Program-made: the position numbers and the translations under genes
DNA from: Bacteroidia bacterium
GTDB lineage: Bacteria > Bacteroidota > Bacteroidia > M30B66
NCBI GenBank assembly: GCA_965279035.1
Contig: OZ257142.1
Coordinates: 1,120,001-1,184,000 of the forward strand
DNA length: 64,000 nucleotides
Reading direction: 5' to 3'
The notes under the pieces: model-generated
What the model was told of the DNA's origin: nothing
The model's input: only the letters and a program-made list of their open reading frames with translations
Databases searched by the model: none
Shown: one piece after another, positions 49,606-59,769 of the stretch
Numbering within the stretch: the stretch's first letter is position 1
Layout: each line of letters begins with the position of its first letter

Positions 49606-51891
49606 TTACTCTGAATCAGGAACTTGAGTTTGCTTTAATTTCTTATTATTTTTTTTCCCATACAAGGCAATTAACAAAACTGGCATTAATACTAATTCAG
49701 CAATTAAAGCAAAAATTAGTGTCACTGAAATCATCATCCCTACATAAAAAGTACTCTTGAAATCACTCAACATTAATGTTGAAAACCCTGCAGCAATAAC
49801 CATTGCTGTTAAAATCATTGCTTTACCAGTTGATAAATACGTTACTCTTAAAGCCATCGGTAAATTCAAACCTTTCTTTAATTCCACTTTCAAACGACTC
49901 AGTAAATGAAGCGTGTCATCAACGGCAATTCCAAATGCAATGGAGAATATAACAGAAATAGTCACCTTCATTTCAATATTTGCCCAACCCATTAATCCAG
50001 CTACCATACATAAGGGTAAAATATTGGGTAAAACCGATAACAACATCATCCGCCAGGAACGAAAAATTATCCCAATAATTAACATCAATACAGCTATATC
50101 TAAACTTAAACCTTGCAACATGTTTTCGGTAAGATAGCTATTGCTTTTATCAATTAAATCGGATGAACCAGTAACTCTTAATTTAATATTATTAAATCCT
50201 GCCCCTCGAATAAACCCAGCAAGTTTTTGATTCTTCTCCCCAACAGCTTTGCTTCCTTTATCTTTAATTCTCCCTGTTATTCTCCCCATTTCACCATCAC
50301 GAGTCAATAACAATCGAATTTCCTTTTTTCCAAGAAAAGGTCGTAGCGTATTATTTAATGAATCAAATTGGATTTTAGATTCAGGAAATTTATACCAAAT
50401 AGGATCTCCATCATGCAGTGCTTGATTGAATCCTTTTACCAATCCCAAAGGAGATACAAGTGCTCCAACTTGATAATGAGTGCTTAAAAAATCTTCCAAT
50501 ACCTGCATTTCTTTGAGCGCTTCCCATGTGAGGATAGATTTCCCTTTTTCTTTCGAAATTACCGACATCTCAAATCCTCGAACTCCAGAAAAATGCTCAT
50601 CAAAAAAACGGAAGTCTTGTTTTATTGGATCGTTTTCATCCAAATCATCTAACACCGAATTATTCACTTCAATCATTCCAATTCCAGCAACAGAAATAAG
50701 AAGCAAGACAACCGATCCCCAAATAACATAAGCTGGCTTTTTGAAAATAAGTCGTAATAACCTGCGTAAAAAATGATCCCATTTTACTTGAGATGCATGC
50801 ACTTTAAATCGATCGGGATTTTTAACTCTCAATAAAATAAATGGCAGGAGCGTGATGGAGAATATATATGCAACCACAACACCAATTGCTGTATAAGTTC
50901 CGAAATCACGTATAGGTTGAATAGAGGTTGTATTTAACGTTAAGAAGGCAACTGCTGTGCTGATGCACGTTAGGAATGTTGCAAATCCAACTTCTTGTAA
51001 AGCCAAGCGAATGGAATCAATCCTCGAAAATCCAGCTTCAATTTTTTCGTAAAACTGACTTGTTATATGGATCACATCCGACATCCCCACAACAAATAAA
51101 ATGCAGGGCATCAAAATGATCATAATGTCGATCGGTTTTCCCGTAGCTGCCATTATTCCGACAGTCCAAATAATCGATAATACCACGACCGATAAAGGAA
51201 CTAATACACCCCAAATGTTTCGGAATGTGAGCCATAAGAAGAATGTTACGAGCACAAACGATATCGACATGAATAACAATAATTCATGTTGGGTTTTTGT
51301 GAGATATGCTTTTTCGGATCGTAATTTTCCCATTAGGTGCGTCTTTACAGGGAAAAGACTCAATCGCTTTTCTATAGATTCTAATAAACTATCTGCCGCT
51401 TGTTTTGGCAATAAATCTTCATGACGCAGATATAGTGTAATGTTCTTACTGTCGGCCGAAATCAGGTTACCAGCATAAACAGGAGTACTAAATATTCTGG
51501 CAGAATCGGCTTGAATATTTTCAGGATGATTTAAATCCAAGACAGGAATTTCAACAATTCCGAATGAATTAATTATAGGTGTTTTTAAGTGAGTGATGGA
51601 AGTTACCGAATGAACATGTGGCAATTTTTTTAAATCACTCCGTAGAGTCTCAACGCGATTCAAAAAATCAAGTGTGAAAACACTTTTCCTATTTTCAATT
51701 CCTATTAAGAAGAACGCATTGTCCGATTCAAAACGATCTCTGAAATTGTAATAATAATCAGCATCATCGCTTTCAACTGGAAAGAAATGTTCGAAATTAT
51801 AATCAAACGAAATATTCCTGCATTCGAAAACCAAATAAGCTGTCATGAACAGCAAAACCAGCATGGTTAAATTCAGAAATCGTTTTAACAT
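49606..51891 (-). CDS. MMPL/RND-family transporter
   Basis: Two repeats of TM, periplasmic domain, 5 TM; VGMSDVIH and GIAVDDTLH motifs. Confidence 0.9.
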   Translation of the reverse strand: MLKRFLNLTMLVLLFMTAYLVFECRNISFDYNFEHFFPVESDDADYYYNFRDRFESDNAFFLIGIENRKSVFTLDFLNRVETLRSDLKKLPHVHSVTSITHLKTPIINSFGIVEIPVLDLNHPENIQADSARIFSTPVYAGNLISADSKNITLYLRHEDLLPKQAADSLLESIEKRLSLFPVKTHLMGKLRSEKAYLTKTQHELLLFMSISFVLVTFFLWLTFRNIWGVLVPLSVVVLSIIWTVGIMAATGKPIDIMIILMPCILFVVGMSDVIHITSQFYEKIEAGFSRIDSIRLALQEVGFATFLTCISTAVAFLTLNTTSIQPIRDFGTYTAIGVVVAYIFSITLLPFILLRVKNPDRFKVHASQVKWDHFLRRLLRLIFKKPAYVIWGSVVLLLISVAGIGMIEVNNSVLDDLDENDPIKQDFRFFDEHFSGVRGFEMSVISKEKGKSILTWEALKEMQVLEDFLSTHYQVGALVSPLGLVKGFNQALHDGDPIWYKFPESKIQFDSLNNTLRPFLGKKEIRLLLTRDGEMGRITGRIKDKGSKAVGEKNQKLAGFIRGAGFNNIKLRVTGSSDLIDKSNSYLTENMLQGLSLDIAVLMLIIGIIFRSWRMMLLSVLPNILPLCMVAGLMGWANIEMKVTISVIFSIAFGIAVDDTLHLLSRLKVELKKGLNLPMALRVTYLSTGKAMILTAMVIAAGFSTLMLSDFKSTFYVGMMISVTLIFALIAELVLMPVLLIALYGKKNNKKLKQTQVPDSE

Positions 51892-51897
51892 ACTGGC

Positions 51898-52257
51898 TTA
51901 TTTTTTCAGCACTGGAAATAAAACCACGAAACACAAAGCCATATTAATCAGGATATTTCCAATTGCCCAAAGTGCCTGACCATTCTTTAAAAGAATCATC
52001 GTTTCTAAGCTGAAAGTAGAAAACGTACTTAATCCTCCGCAAAACCCTACTAATACAAGCAAACGTGTGGATTCTGGAATATTGTTGCTAAATTTTAACA
52101 GAATTACCATCACGCAACAAGCAATAACATTGGCCGATAGAGTTGCCAGTGAAAGAGGAAGTTGATTGCTTTTGATTGCTAAAATAGAAAGGATATAACG
52201 AATCACCGAACCAGCTCCTCCTCCTATAAATACCCAAAGCATTGATAGACTATTCAT
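51898..52257 (-). CDS. crcB: Fluoride channel FluC/CrcB
   Basis: GGGAGSVIRY and GFCGGLSTFSTF. Confidence 0.92.
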   Translation of the reverse strand: MNSLSMLWVFIGGGAGSVIRYILSILAIKSNQLPLSLATLSANVIACCVMVILLKFSNNIPESTRLLVLVGFCGGLSTFSTFSLETMILLKNGQALWAIGNILINMALCFVVLFPVLKK

Positions 52258-52820
52258 ATCGATTGAATTTTTTGCTTTGGATGAATAAATCGTTCAGTGA
52301 AACGAGCTATGAGAAATCCAATACTAGCACCTGCAATCCAACCACATAGAATATCTAATGGGAAATGTGCACCTAAATAAATTCGACTATAACCAACTAG
52401 AAACACCCAAATACCCAATAAAATCCAGATGTATTTATTCCGAATAAAGTGCGTAACAAATAAGCTAAATGCTGCGGTATTGCTTGCATGAGAAGAATAA
52501 AAACCGAACTCTCCACCACAATGATTATTCACCAAATGAATCGAATTGGCTAACAACGGATCATGGCAAGGACGTAAGCGTTCCACATAAAATTTAATCG
52601 CAACCGAAACTTGATCACTTAATAGGATTAGCAAAATAACAGCAGCTAAAATCCACCAGAATTGAGTTCGATATTTTTGAAATAATACTACTGCGATAAT
52701 CGCATAAAATGGAATAGCAGAATAACGTGAACTGATTATTTCCATTATATGATCGAACGGAACAGAATGCCATCCATTGATAGCGGTAAACAATTCATAA
52801 TCAAAACCGCTTAAAATCAT
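52254..52820 (-). CDS. PAP2-family phosphatase
   Basis: [25 protein letters not shown]. Confidence 0.9.
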   Translation of the reverse strand: MILSGFDYELFTAINGWHSVPFDHIMEIISSRYSAIPFYAIIAVVLFQKYRTQFWWILAAVILLILLSDQVSVAIKFYVERLRPCHDPLLANSIHLVNNHCGGEFGFYSSHASNTAAFSLFVTHFIRNKYIWILLGIWVFLVGYSRIYLGAHFPLDILCGWIAGASIGFLIARFTERFIHPKQKIQSI

Positions 52821-53815
52821 GGATGTGTGTTAAGCGCCCTCCAAAGCATGTCTTTTAATTCAACTAATCCAACTCCAGTATGGGATGAAATAAATACATA
52901 AGGTACTTTTTGGGGAAGTTCTGACTTTAGAGCTTCTTTTAATTCATCATCCAATAAATCACTTTTACTAATAGCCAATAAACGTTGCTTATCAAGCAAT
53001 TCAGGATTGTATTCCTTTAACTCGTTTAGCAGGATATTGTATTCATTCGCAATATTATCTGCATCAGCAGGGACCAAAAATAAAAGCACTGAATTCCGTT
53101 CAATATGACGAAGAAAGCGCAAACCCAATCCTTTGCCTTCGCTCGCTCCTTCAATGATTCCAGGAATATCAGCCATTACGAACGACTTATAATCGCGATA
53201 AGCTACAATTCCAAGATTAGGAACCAATGTGGTAAAGGGATAATTGGCAATCTCGGGTTTTGCGGCAGAAAGCTTAGAAAGTAATGTTGATTTTCCCGCA
53301 TTTGGAAAGCCTACCAATCCAACATCTGCTAGGATTTTCAATTCCAAAACTTTCCACAATTCTTCACCGTCTTCACCCGGTTGAGCAAAACGGGGCGTTT
53401 GCAAGGTGGGCGATTTAAAATGAAAATTCCCTAAACCTCCGCGTCCTCCGCTTACTAAAATTCGTTCTTCTCCTTCTTCCGTAATTTCAAAATGAACTTC
53501 TCCTGTTTCTGCATCTCGTGCAACAGTTCCAAGTGGTACATCGAGTATGATGTCCTCGCCATCTTTCCCATGTTTTAAAGCGGAACTTCCTTTACCTCCC
53601 GGTTCTGCAATAACATGTTTACGGTATTTCAAATGGATCAAAGTCCATACTTGAGTACTTCCACGTAAAATTATATGACCACCTCGACCACCATCGCCTC
53701 CATCAGGTCCTCCTTTGGCTGTGTTTCTGTCGCGATGTAAATGGATTGAACCACCTCCGCCTTTGCCCGAACGGCAACAGATCTTCACATAATCAACAAA
53801 ATTTGAATCAGCCAC
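52817..53815 (-). CDS. obgE: GTPase ObgE/CgtA
   Basis: [30 protein letters not shown]. Confidence 0.96.
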   Translation of the reverse strand: MADSNFVDYVKICCRSGKGGGGSIHLHRDRNTAKGGPDGGDGGRGGHIILRGSTQVWTLIHLKYRKHVIAEPGGKGSSALKHGKDGEDIILDVPLGTVARDAETGEVHFEITEEGEERILVSGGRGGLGNFHFKSPTLQTPRFAQPGEDGEELWKVLELKILADVGLVGFPNAGKSTLLSKLSAAKPEIANYPFTTLVPNLGIVAYRDYKSFVMADIPGIIEGASEGKGLGLRFLRHIERNSVLLFLVPADADNIANEYNILLNELKEYNPELLDKQRLLAISKSDLLDDELKEALKSELPQKVPYVFISSHTGVGLVELKDMLWRALNTHP

Positions 53816-53895
53816 AGTTTAAATTTTTCAGGATTGAATGAACCCGATTTTTCGCAAAATTACGATTACCCTATCAACCAACAGGGTAAAAAACA

Positions 53896-53923
53896 AAAAT
53901 CCCCGCACAATGGCAGGGATTTT
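53896..53923 (-). terminator. Terminator after the peroxiredoxin gene
   Basis: aaaatccc...gggatttt stem with an adjacent A-run (U-tract on the minus strand). Confidence 0.65.
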
Positions 53924-53937
53924 ATTTTAAAATCCTA

Positions 53938-54570
53938 TTAGTGTTTAGCTAAATAGTTAGCAACACTGTCATGATTTTCTTTTAAAGTAGCATCTCCTTT
54001 TCTCCAGTTAGCAGGACAAACTTCTCCGTTTTCTTCGAAGTATTGTAAAGCATCCACCATTCGAAGTGCTTCATCTACATTGCGACCTAATGGAAGATCA
54101 TTTACCACTTGGTGGCGAACAACTCCATCTTTATCGATGAGGAACAATCCGCGAAATGCGATCATTGGTCCAGTAGAAATCATTTCACCATCTTCATTAT
54201 AATCGTAGTCGCCAAACAAAACCCCAAAATTCATGGAGATTGTTTTTGATGTATCGGCTACTAAAGGATATTTGATTCCTTCAATTCCACCTTTGCCTTT
54301 TGGAACCTGAAGCCAACCCCAATGTGATTGTTCTGTATCAGTTGAACATCCAACAACAGCAACATTACGAGCTTCGAATTCGGCCAGTTTTTCCTGGAAG
54401 GCATGCAGCTCGGTAGGACACACAAACGTGAAATCTTTTGGATAGAAAAAGAAAACTACGTGTTTGTTTCCTAAATATTGTTCGAGAGAGAAATCTTCAA
54501 CGAATTCTCCTCCATTAATAATTGCCTTTGCAGAAAAGGCAGGAGCAAGTTTTCCAACAAGTACTGACAT
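53938..54570 (-). CDS. ahpC: 2-Cys peroxiredoxin (AhpC/Tsa family)
   Basis: YPKDFTFVCPTE and GEVCPANW. Confidence 0.9.
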   Translation of the reverse strand: MSVLVGKLAPAFSAKAIINGGEFVEDFSLEQYLGNKHVVFFFYPKDFTFVCPTELHAFQEKLAEFEARNVAVVGCSTDTEQSHWGWLQVPKGKGGIEGIKYPLVADTSKTISMNFGVLFGDYDYNEDGEMISTGPMIAFRGLFLIDKDGVVRHQVVNDLPLGRNVDEALRMVDALQYFEENGEVCPANWRKGDATLKENHDSVANYLAKH

Positions 54571-54645
54571 GTATATCGGGTTTTAGTTTTTATGGGGCAA
54601 AATTAGTCATTCCAAGTTGAGGAAACACAGTGAATTTGCTTTTGT

Positions 54646-55431
54646 TCAGCGAATAAGCAATGCAGTAGCAAAACCTAATAAAATCGTAAGAAGCTTAATA
54701 ATATTAAAGCGGTGATGCTCGTCCGATTCAAATAATATAGTTGTACTGATGTGGAGAAAAATTCCAATTACAACTGCCAATGCCCAAAATCCAAACTGTC
54801 CCGTTAAATCAGTTTCTGATGGAAAAATAGTAATGGCTGCCATTGCTCCCAAAGGTGTCATACACGAAAAAATAAACAAAGCCAGAAAGCTCTGCTTAAT
54901 CGTTTTTCCAGACATCAAGAACAAAGTCATTAATGTAACGGAGATAGGAATGTTGTGAAAAATAATTGCAGTAAATAAATCTTCACCAGCTTTGCCATAC
55001 ATCAAAGGAACACCTTCTACAAGCGCATGAATACACAATCCTGTCATCAATAACCAAGGCGATTTCATCACCGGATGAAAATCACTGTTGTCATCATGAT
55101 GGTGCGTATGAGCATGATGATGTTTATGTGATGAATGATCATGTTGTTCAGGGGGATGAATATGGCCATGTTCAATTCCTCCTGAGATATAATCCAATAA
55201 TAATTGAAGTAAAAATCCTCCGAGTATCAACCAACCACTAATCATCGGGTTGTTTATTCCTTCATATACTTCCGGAAGAAGATGAAATAAACACAAGGCT
55301 AAAATGAATGCTCCACTGTATGAAAGCAATAATTTGATGGCTTTACTGCTTTTGATTCGGAAAATCAATACCAAACTCCCGCTGGCAATAACAGATCCTA
55401 TCAATATGAATATTTTCAAGAGCATTGTCAT
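54646..55431 (-). CDS. ZIP-family metal transporter
   Basis: HLLPE, His-rich loop, HALVEG, HNIP. Confidence 0.88.
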   Translation of the reverse strand: MTMLLKIFILIGSVIASGSLVLIFRIKSSKAIKLLLSYSGAFILALCLFHLLPEVYEGINNPMISGWLILGGFLLQLLLDYISGGIEHGHIHPPEQHDHSSHKHHHAHTHHHDDNSDFHPVMKSPWLLMTGLCIHALVEGVPLMYGKAGEDLFTAIIFHNIPISVTLMTLFLMSGKTIKQSFLALFIFSCMTPLGAMAAITIFPSETDLTGQFGFWALAVVIGIFLHISTTILFESDEHHRFNIIKLLTILLGFATALLIR

Positions 55432-56171
55432 GGCTTACGAACACAAAAAATAATACGTTCAGATTCAATAGAATCAAAGGGTTTTAATGCATAATTCCCC
55501 CAAATAGCTTCTACAACAAGTCCACAGCTTAAAAAATAATGCTTAAAATCTGATTGATCTATCAACATGACTTTTTCTTCAAATTGATATGCTTGTCCTT
55601 TATCCTCAAATTGAATGGTTTTTATCACATGGTTCTCTTGTATTTCTCGATGTAACTGAAAACGAATTCCATCAATCATTTTTTCATCATGACTCGATCC
55701 TTTAAGTCGAAGCTTTTCTACATTCAAAAAATCCAATAAGAGATATCCTCCCGAACGTAAGGACTTTGAAACGTTTCGTATCACGCGTTCGTTTTCTGTA
55801 TCACGCTCAAAATAACCAAAACTGGTAAATAGATTAAACACATAATCATACGAATTCGTCGATAATAAATCACGCATATCGTGCATGTAAAATCGAAGTC
55901 CATTTTCTTCAAATGCTTTAGCATATCGTATATTCTCTTCCGAAAGATCAACTCCAGTTACATCAAATCCTTTCTGATGTAAATACACCGAATGCCTTCC
56001 TCTTCCACAAGCCAAATCAAGCATCTGCGCTTTTTTTACAGGCTTCAAAAACGAAATCAAGTGATCAATGAAAAATGTCGCCTCATTCACATCTCGGTGT
56101 GTATAAAGGATATGATAATAAGGCGAATTAAACCAGGCCTTATACCATTCTGCTGGCTGAGTATTTTCCAT
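55428..56171 (-). CDS. Class I SAM-dependent methyltransferase
   Basis: LDLACGRGRH and NLFTSFGYF. Confidence 0.9.
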   Translation of the reverse strand: MENTQPAEWYKAWFNSPYYHILYTHRDVNEATFFIDHLISFLKPVKKAQMLDLACGRGRHSVYLHQKGFDVTGVDLSEENIRYAKAFEENGLRFYMHDMRDLLSTNSYDYVFNLFTSFGYFERDTENERVIRNVSKSLRSGGYLLLDFLNVEKLRLKGSSHDEKMIDGIRFQLHREIQENHVIKTIQFEDKGQAYQFEEKVMLIDQSDFKHYFLSCGLVVEAIWGNYALKPFDSIESERIIFCVRKP

Positions 56172-56217
56172 GTTGGGCAAAAGTACAATTTCAATTTCCT
56201 TAGCAATGGATTAAAAC

Positions 56218-56250
56218 AGAAAAGGCTGTCGATCATCGACAGCCTTTTCT
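56218..56250. terminator. Terminator hairpin after the fasciclin gene
   Basis: Perfect inverted repeat agaaaaggctgtcgat-c-atcgacagccttttct. Confidence 0.8.
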
Positions 56251-56267
56251 ATTCAAAAAGGAAAATC

Positions 56268-57791
56268 TTAGTTTTTTACAAAACGTAAAGTAGAGTTCGT
56301 ATTGTTATTCTGAATGCGAATCGTATAGATTCCAGATTCAAAGGATTGAACATCCAATGTGGAAGTTTGATTCGTAAATGTACCAGTACTCAACACTGAT
56401 CCCAATTGATTAAACACTTGATATGTTGCTTTCGTTGGAATTTCAGTAAAGTTGATTTGAAGCGTTTCTACTACTGGATTTGGATACACTGTAAAATTAG
56501 ATTCTACTTTCTCATTAATTCCTAAAGTAACCGGAACCAACACAGCATTGATTACATGTACAACGCCATTATTAGCCAGTAGATCAGTCACAGTAACTAC
56601 TGCATTATCAATCGAAACTGTTGATCCTGAAATCGAAACTGTTAAATTATCACCAAACAACGTTGGGACTTGTTGACCATTAGTCAAAGAGCCTGAATAA
56701 GCAACAGATCCTACAACATGGTGCAAAAGCACATCAGTTAATAATCCGTTTGGATCGGCTAATAAAGCATTCAACGTTGCTGTTGGTACTGCTGCAAATG
56801 CTGCATCGGTTGGGGCGAAAACAGTAAATGTTCCTGGTCCATCAAGGGTTGATGCTAAACCAGCAGCATTAATTGCCGTTTCTAAGGTTGTATGAACTGG
56901 GCTGTTTGAAATAATATCGAAAACAGAACCCGGATTTGGTAACAATACTGCATCTATCACATGCACAACACCATTGGTAGCAACAATATCCGCTACTGTA
57001 ACTTGAGCATCATTAATAAACACATTTCCCCCGTTAATTGTCACTGTAACATCCTGACCTTGAACTGTCATAATGGTTTGTCCATTAGTCAATCCAGCCG
57101 AAAATGCAGCACCTGAAACAGCATGGTAGGTAAGAATATTTGTTAAAGCTGGAATGTTCGCCACTAATGAATTTAAAACACCTGCTGGTAATGCAGCAAA
57201 TGCAGCATCCGTTGGAGCGAACACTGTAAAAGGTCCATCTCCCGAAAGTGTTCCTTGAAGATTGGCTGCTAAAACAGCTGTTTCTAGTGTTGTATGAGTT
57301 GGACTGTTCACAATCACATCAACTACTGTTCCTGTTGGAGGAATCAATACTGCATCAATCACATGAACAACGCCGTTTGTTGCAACAATATCAGCAACCG
57401 TTACTTTCGCATTGTTGATGTAAACATTCGGTCCATTAATAGTTACCGTAACTTTTTGTCCTTGAACTGTAACGATTCGTTGTCCATTAGTTAAAGAAGT
57501 TGATAATGAATTTGCTCCTACAACATGATACGTTAAAATATTCGTTAATGCTGGAATGTCCGCCAATAAAGCGGTAACCGTTCCTGCTGGTAATGCATTA
57601 AATGCAGCATCGGTTGGTGCAAAAACCGTAAATGGTCCTGGACCTGATAAAGTTCCATCCAATCCTGCTGCTATCACAGCAGCTTCAAGGGTTGTGTGAT
57701 CTGGGCTGTTGACTATAATATCAACAACCGTTTGCGCCTGTGTCGATACGGCAAGTATGACAGAGGAAATAAGAGTTAAAATTTTTTTCAT
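56268..57791 (-). CDS. Triple fasciclin (FAS1) domain protein with T9SS CTD
   Basis: Three copies of FTVFAPTDAAF...HVV/HAV...NGVVHVIDAVL; VYPNP...GIYTIRI CTD. Confidence 0.92.
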   Translation of the reverse strand: MKKILTLISSVILAVSTQAQTVVDIIVNSPDHTTLEAAVIAAGLDGTLSGPGPFTVFAPTDAAFNALPAGTVTALLADIPALTNILTYHVVGANSLSTSLTNGQRIVTVQGQKVTVTINGPNVYINNAKVTVADIVATNGVVHVIDAVLIPPTGTVVDVIVNSPTHTTLETAVLAANLQGTLSGDGPFTVFAPTDAAFAALPAGVLNSLVANIPALTNILTYHAVSGAAFSAGLTNGQTIMTVQGQDVTVTINGGNVFINDAQVTVADIVATNGVVHVIDAVLLPNPGSVFDIISNSPVHTTLETAINAAGLASTLDGPGTFTVFAPTDAAFAAVPTATLNALLADPNGLLTDVLLHHVVGSVAYSGSLTNGQQVPTLFGDNLTVSISGSTVSIDNAVVTVTDLLANNGVVHVINAVLVPVTLGINEKVESNFTVYPNPVVETLQINFTEIPTKATYQVFNQLGSVLSTGTFTNQTSTLDVQSFESGIYTIRIQNNNTNSTLRFVKN

Positions 57792-57847
57792 GATAAATCG
57801 TGTGGGTTTATTGGGTTAACATTGCGCTATCAAACAGGCATACCTTA

Positions 57848-57885
57848 TTTTTGTTTAATGAATTAACTAAAAGATTAAACAAAAA
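57848..57885. promoter_or_regulatory. 12-bp perfect inverted repeat with a 14-bp spacer; putative operator
   Basis: tttttgtttaat-N14-attaaacaaaaa between divergent genes. Confidence 0.45.
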
Positions 57886-57917
57886 AGCATCATTAAACCT
57901 AAGTGATTGATAATCAA

Positions 57918-59117
57918 ATGGAAAATTTAGAGCCTTTACTTTTCGATTCGAACAGCCAACACGAAATTTTGGTGCGAACCTATGCTGGTCTCGAGGATGT
58001 TCTCGAAGGAGAAATCCGAAAATTAGGTGGTGCCGATGTCGAAAAAATGGTTCGATCTGTTATCTGCAAAGGCGACAAAGGATTTATCTATAAACTCAAT
58101 CTAGCTCTGCGAACCGGATTGCGCGTTTTAAAACCGATCAAGAAATTCCGTTTCAAAACAAACGACGATTTCTATAACGAGATACTCGATATCGACTGGC
58201 CTGCTCTTTTCGATGTCGATAAAACCATGATTTTCGATACGCTCTTGTTTAGTGAGCATTTCACCAATAGCATGTTTGTTTCTCAATTGGCTAAAGATGC
58301 AGTTTGCGATCGCTTTCGAAAAGATGTCGGCCGTCGTCCATTTATCGATTCCAAAGAACCACATATATATGTAAGTGTATATGTTCGCGATCAGGAAGTA
58401 ACTATTTACCTCGACAGTAGTGGCGAAAGCTTGCATCGACGCGGTTATCGTAAAGAGCAAGTAAAAGCTCCTTTGAGCGAAGTCATGGCTGCAGGAATTC
58501 TCCTCATGAGTGGCTGGTCCTATCATTTTCCGCTCATCGACCCTATGTGCGGTTCTGGAACTTTTTCAATCGAAGCGGCGCTCATTGCGAACAATATACC
58601 TCCCGGAATTTTTCGTAATGGTTTTGCATTCGAAAACTGGAAAGACTTTGAACCCGAACTATTCGAAGCAATCCTCAATAGCCTAAACAAGAAAATCACT
58701 GAAAATCCTGTGGAAATTTTTGCCTGTGATCGTAGCTTTGCAGCTGTCGAATTAGCCAAAGAAAATGCGCGCGAAGCAGGTGTCGATGGCGATATTCGTT
58801 TCGAATCTGTTCCCTTCGAAAAACAAAAAGCACCCGACAAACGATCATTTTTGTTCATGAATCCTCCCTATGGAGAACGCATGCAGCCCGAAGACATCGA
58901 AGCACTATATGGCATGATTGGCAGCACGCTCAAGCATACCTTTGGTGGTTCCGAAGCTTGGCTTTTCACCTCCAATCAAGACGCACTCAATAAAGTTGGA
59001 TTAAAACCTTCACGCAAAATCAAGCTCTTCAACGGACCACTCGAATGCCGCCTCGTTCGTTACGAAATGTACGATGGCAGTAAAAAAGCCAGCAAAAATC
59101 CTTCAGCTCAAACGTGA
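57918..59117 (+). CDS. THUMP-domain rRNA m2G methyltransferase (RlmL-like)
   Basis: DSSGESLHRRGYR, DPMCGSGT, NPPYGER. Confidence 0.9.
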   Translation: MENLEPLLFDSNSQHEILVRTYAGLEDVLEGEIRKLGGADVEKMVRSVICKGDKGFIYKLNLALRTGLRVLKPIKKFRFKTNDDFYNEILDIDWPALFDVDKTMIFDTLLFSEHFTNSMFVSQLAKDAVCDRFRKDVGRRPFIDSKEPHIYVSVYVRDQEVTIYLDSSGESLHRRGYRKEQVKAPLSEVMAAGILLMSGWSYHFPLIDPMCGSGTFSIEAALIANNIPPGIFRNGFAFENWKDFEPELFEAILNSLNKKITENPVEIFACDRSFAAVELAKENAREAGVDGDIRFESVPFEKQKAPDKRSFLFMNPPYGERMQPEDIEALYGMIGSTLKHTFGGSEAWLFTSNQDALNKVGLKPSRKIKLFNGPLECRLVRYEMYDGSKKASKNPSAQT

Positions 59118-59128
59118 TTGTGAACTTT

Positions 59129-59247
59129 TTGGGCGGTGTCCGGGCTATTGTTCCAAGCCGCCCAATCTCCACAATGATTCAGTAAACTAATATCATATTT
59201 AGTTCTTCGTTACAGAATTGACCGGCTTTCCACGCTATCCCTACCGC
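59129..59247 (+). ncRNA. Candidate structured RNA or intergenic repeat
   Basis: gcggt(59133)/accgc(59243), aagccg(59155)/cggctt(59223), and the alternative ttgggcgg/ccgcccaa; GC-rich ends in an AT-rich spacer. Confidence 0.4.
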
Positions 59248-59426
59248 TTTTTGTTAGACTAAAATTTCAGGTTTTTCTGATTCTTTTTTTTTAATTCTGA
59301 AATTCAGTTTGAAATACGCAAAACAATAATTTTCACCATGCTGAAAATTGCGTTTGATTTTTTTTTCAAACCATGCTGTTGCTTTCACAGATTCCTGTAT
59401 TTTTATCCCATCAACATCTTTTTTTA

Positions 59427-59618
59427 ATGAAAACAGGTACTATTAAATTCTTCAACGCAACCAAAGGTTTCGGTTTCGTTAAAGTGGACAACTCTGACCA
59501 AGAGATTTTTGTTCATGTTACAGGACTAATTGATCAAGTGAACGAAGGAGACAATGTTTCTTTCGACGTGATCGAAGGCCGCAAAGGTTTGAATGCAATC
59601 AACGTGAAAAAGATCTAA
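59427..59618 (+). CDS. Cold-shock protein
   Basis: GTIKFFNATKGFGF (RNP1) and IFVH (RNP2); start MKTG. Confidence 0.95.
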   Translation: MKTGTIKFFNATKGFGFVKVDNSDQEIFVHVTGLIDQVNEGDNVSFDVIEGRKGLNAINVKKI

Positions 59619-59649
59619 TCTTCTATCATACTTGAACATCATTGCCTTT

Positions 59650-59683
59650 AAAACCTCCGCTTCTTGAGCGGAGGTTTTTTTTT
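59650..59683 (+). terminator. Intrinsic terminator after csp
   Basis: aaaacctccgct-tcttg-agcggaggtttt followed by a T-run. Confidence 0.88.
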
Positions 59684-59769
59684 ACAATCAACACATACCT
59701 TCATTTCACCTGTGTCGTTTGCTGTTTCAATCCCTTTCTCGTTATTTGCACCCGACAGATTTACTCCAT

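Noticed and set aside
51898-52300. Fluoride riboswitch upstream of crcB
   Set aside because: crcB overlaps the upstream PAP2 gene, leaving no leader, and no motif was seen.
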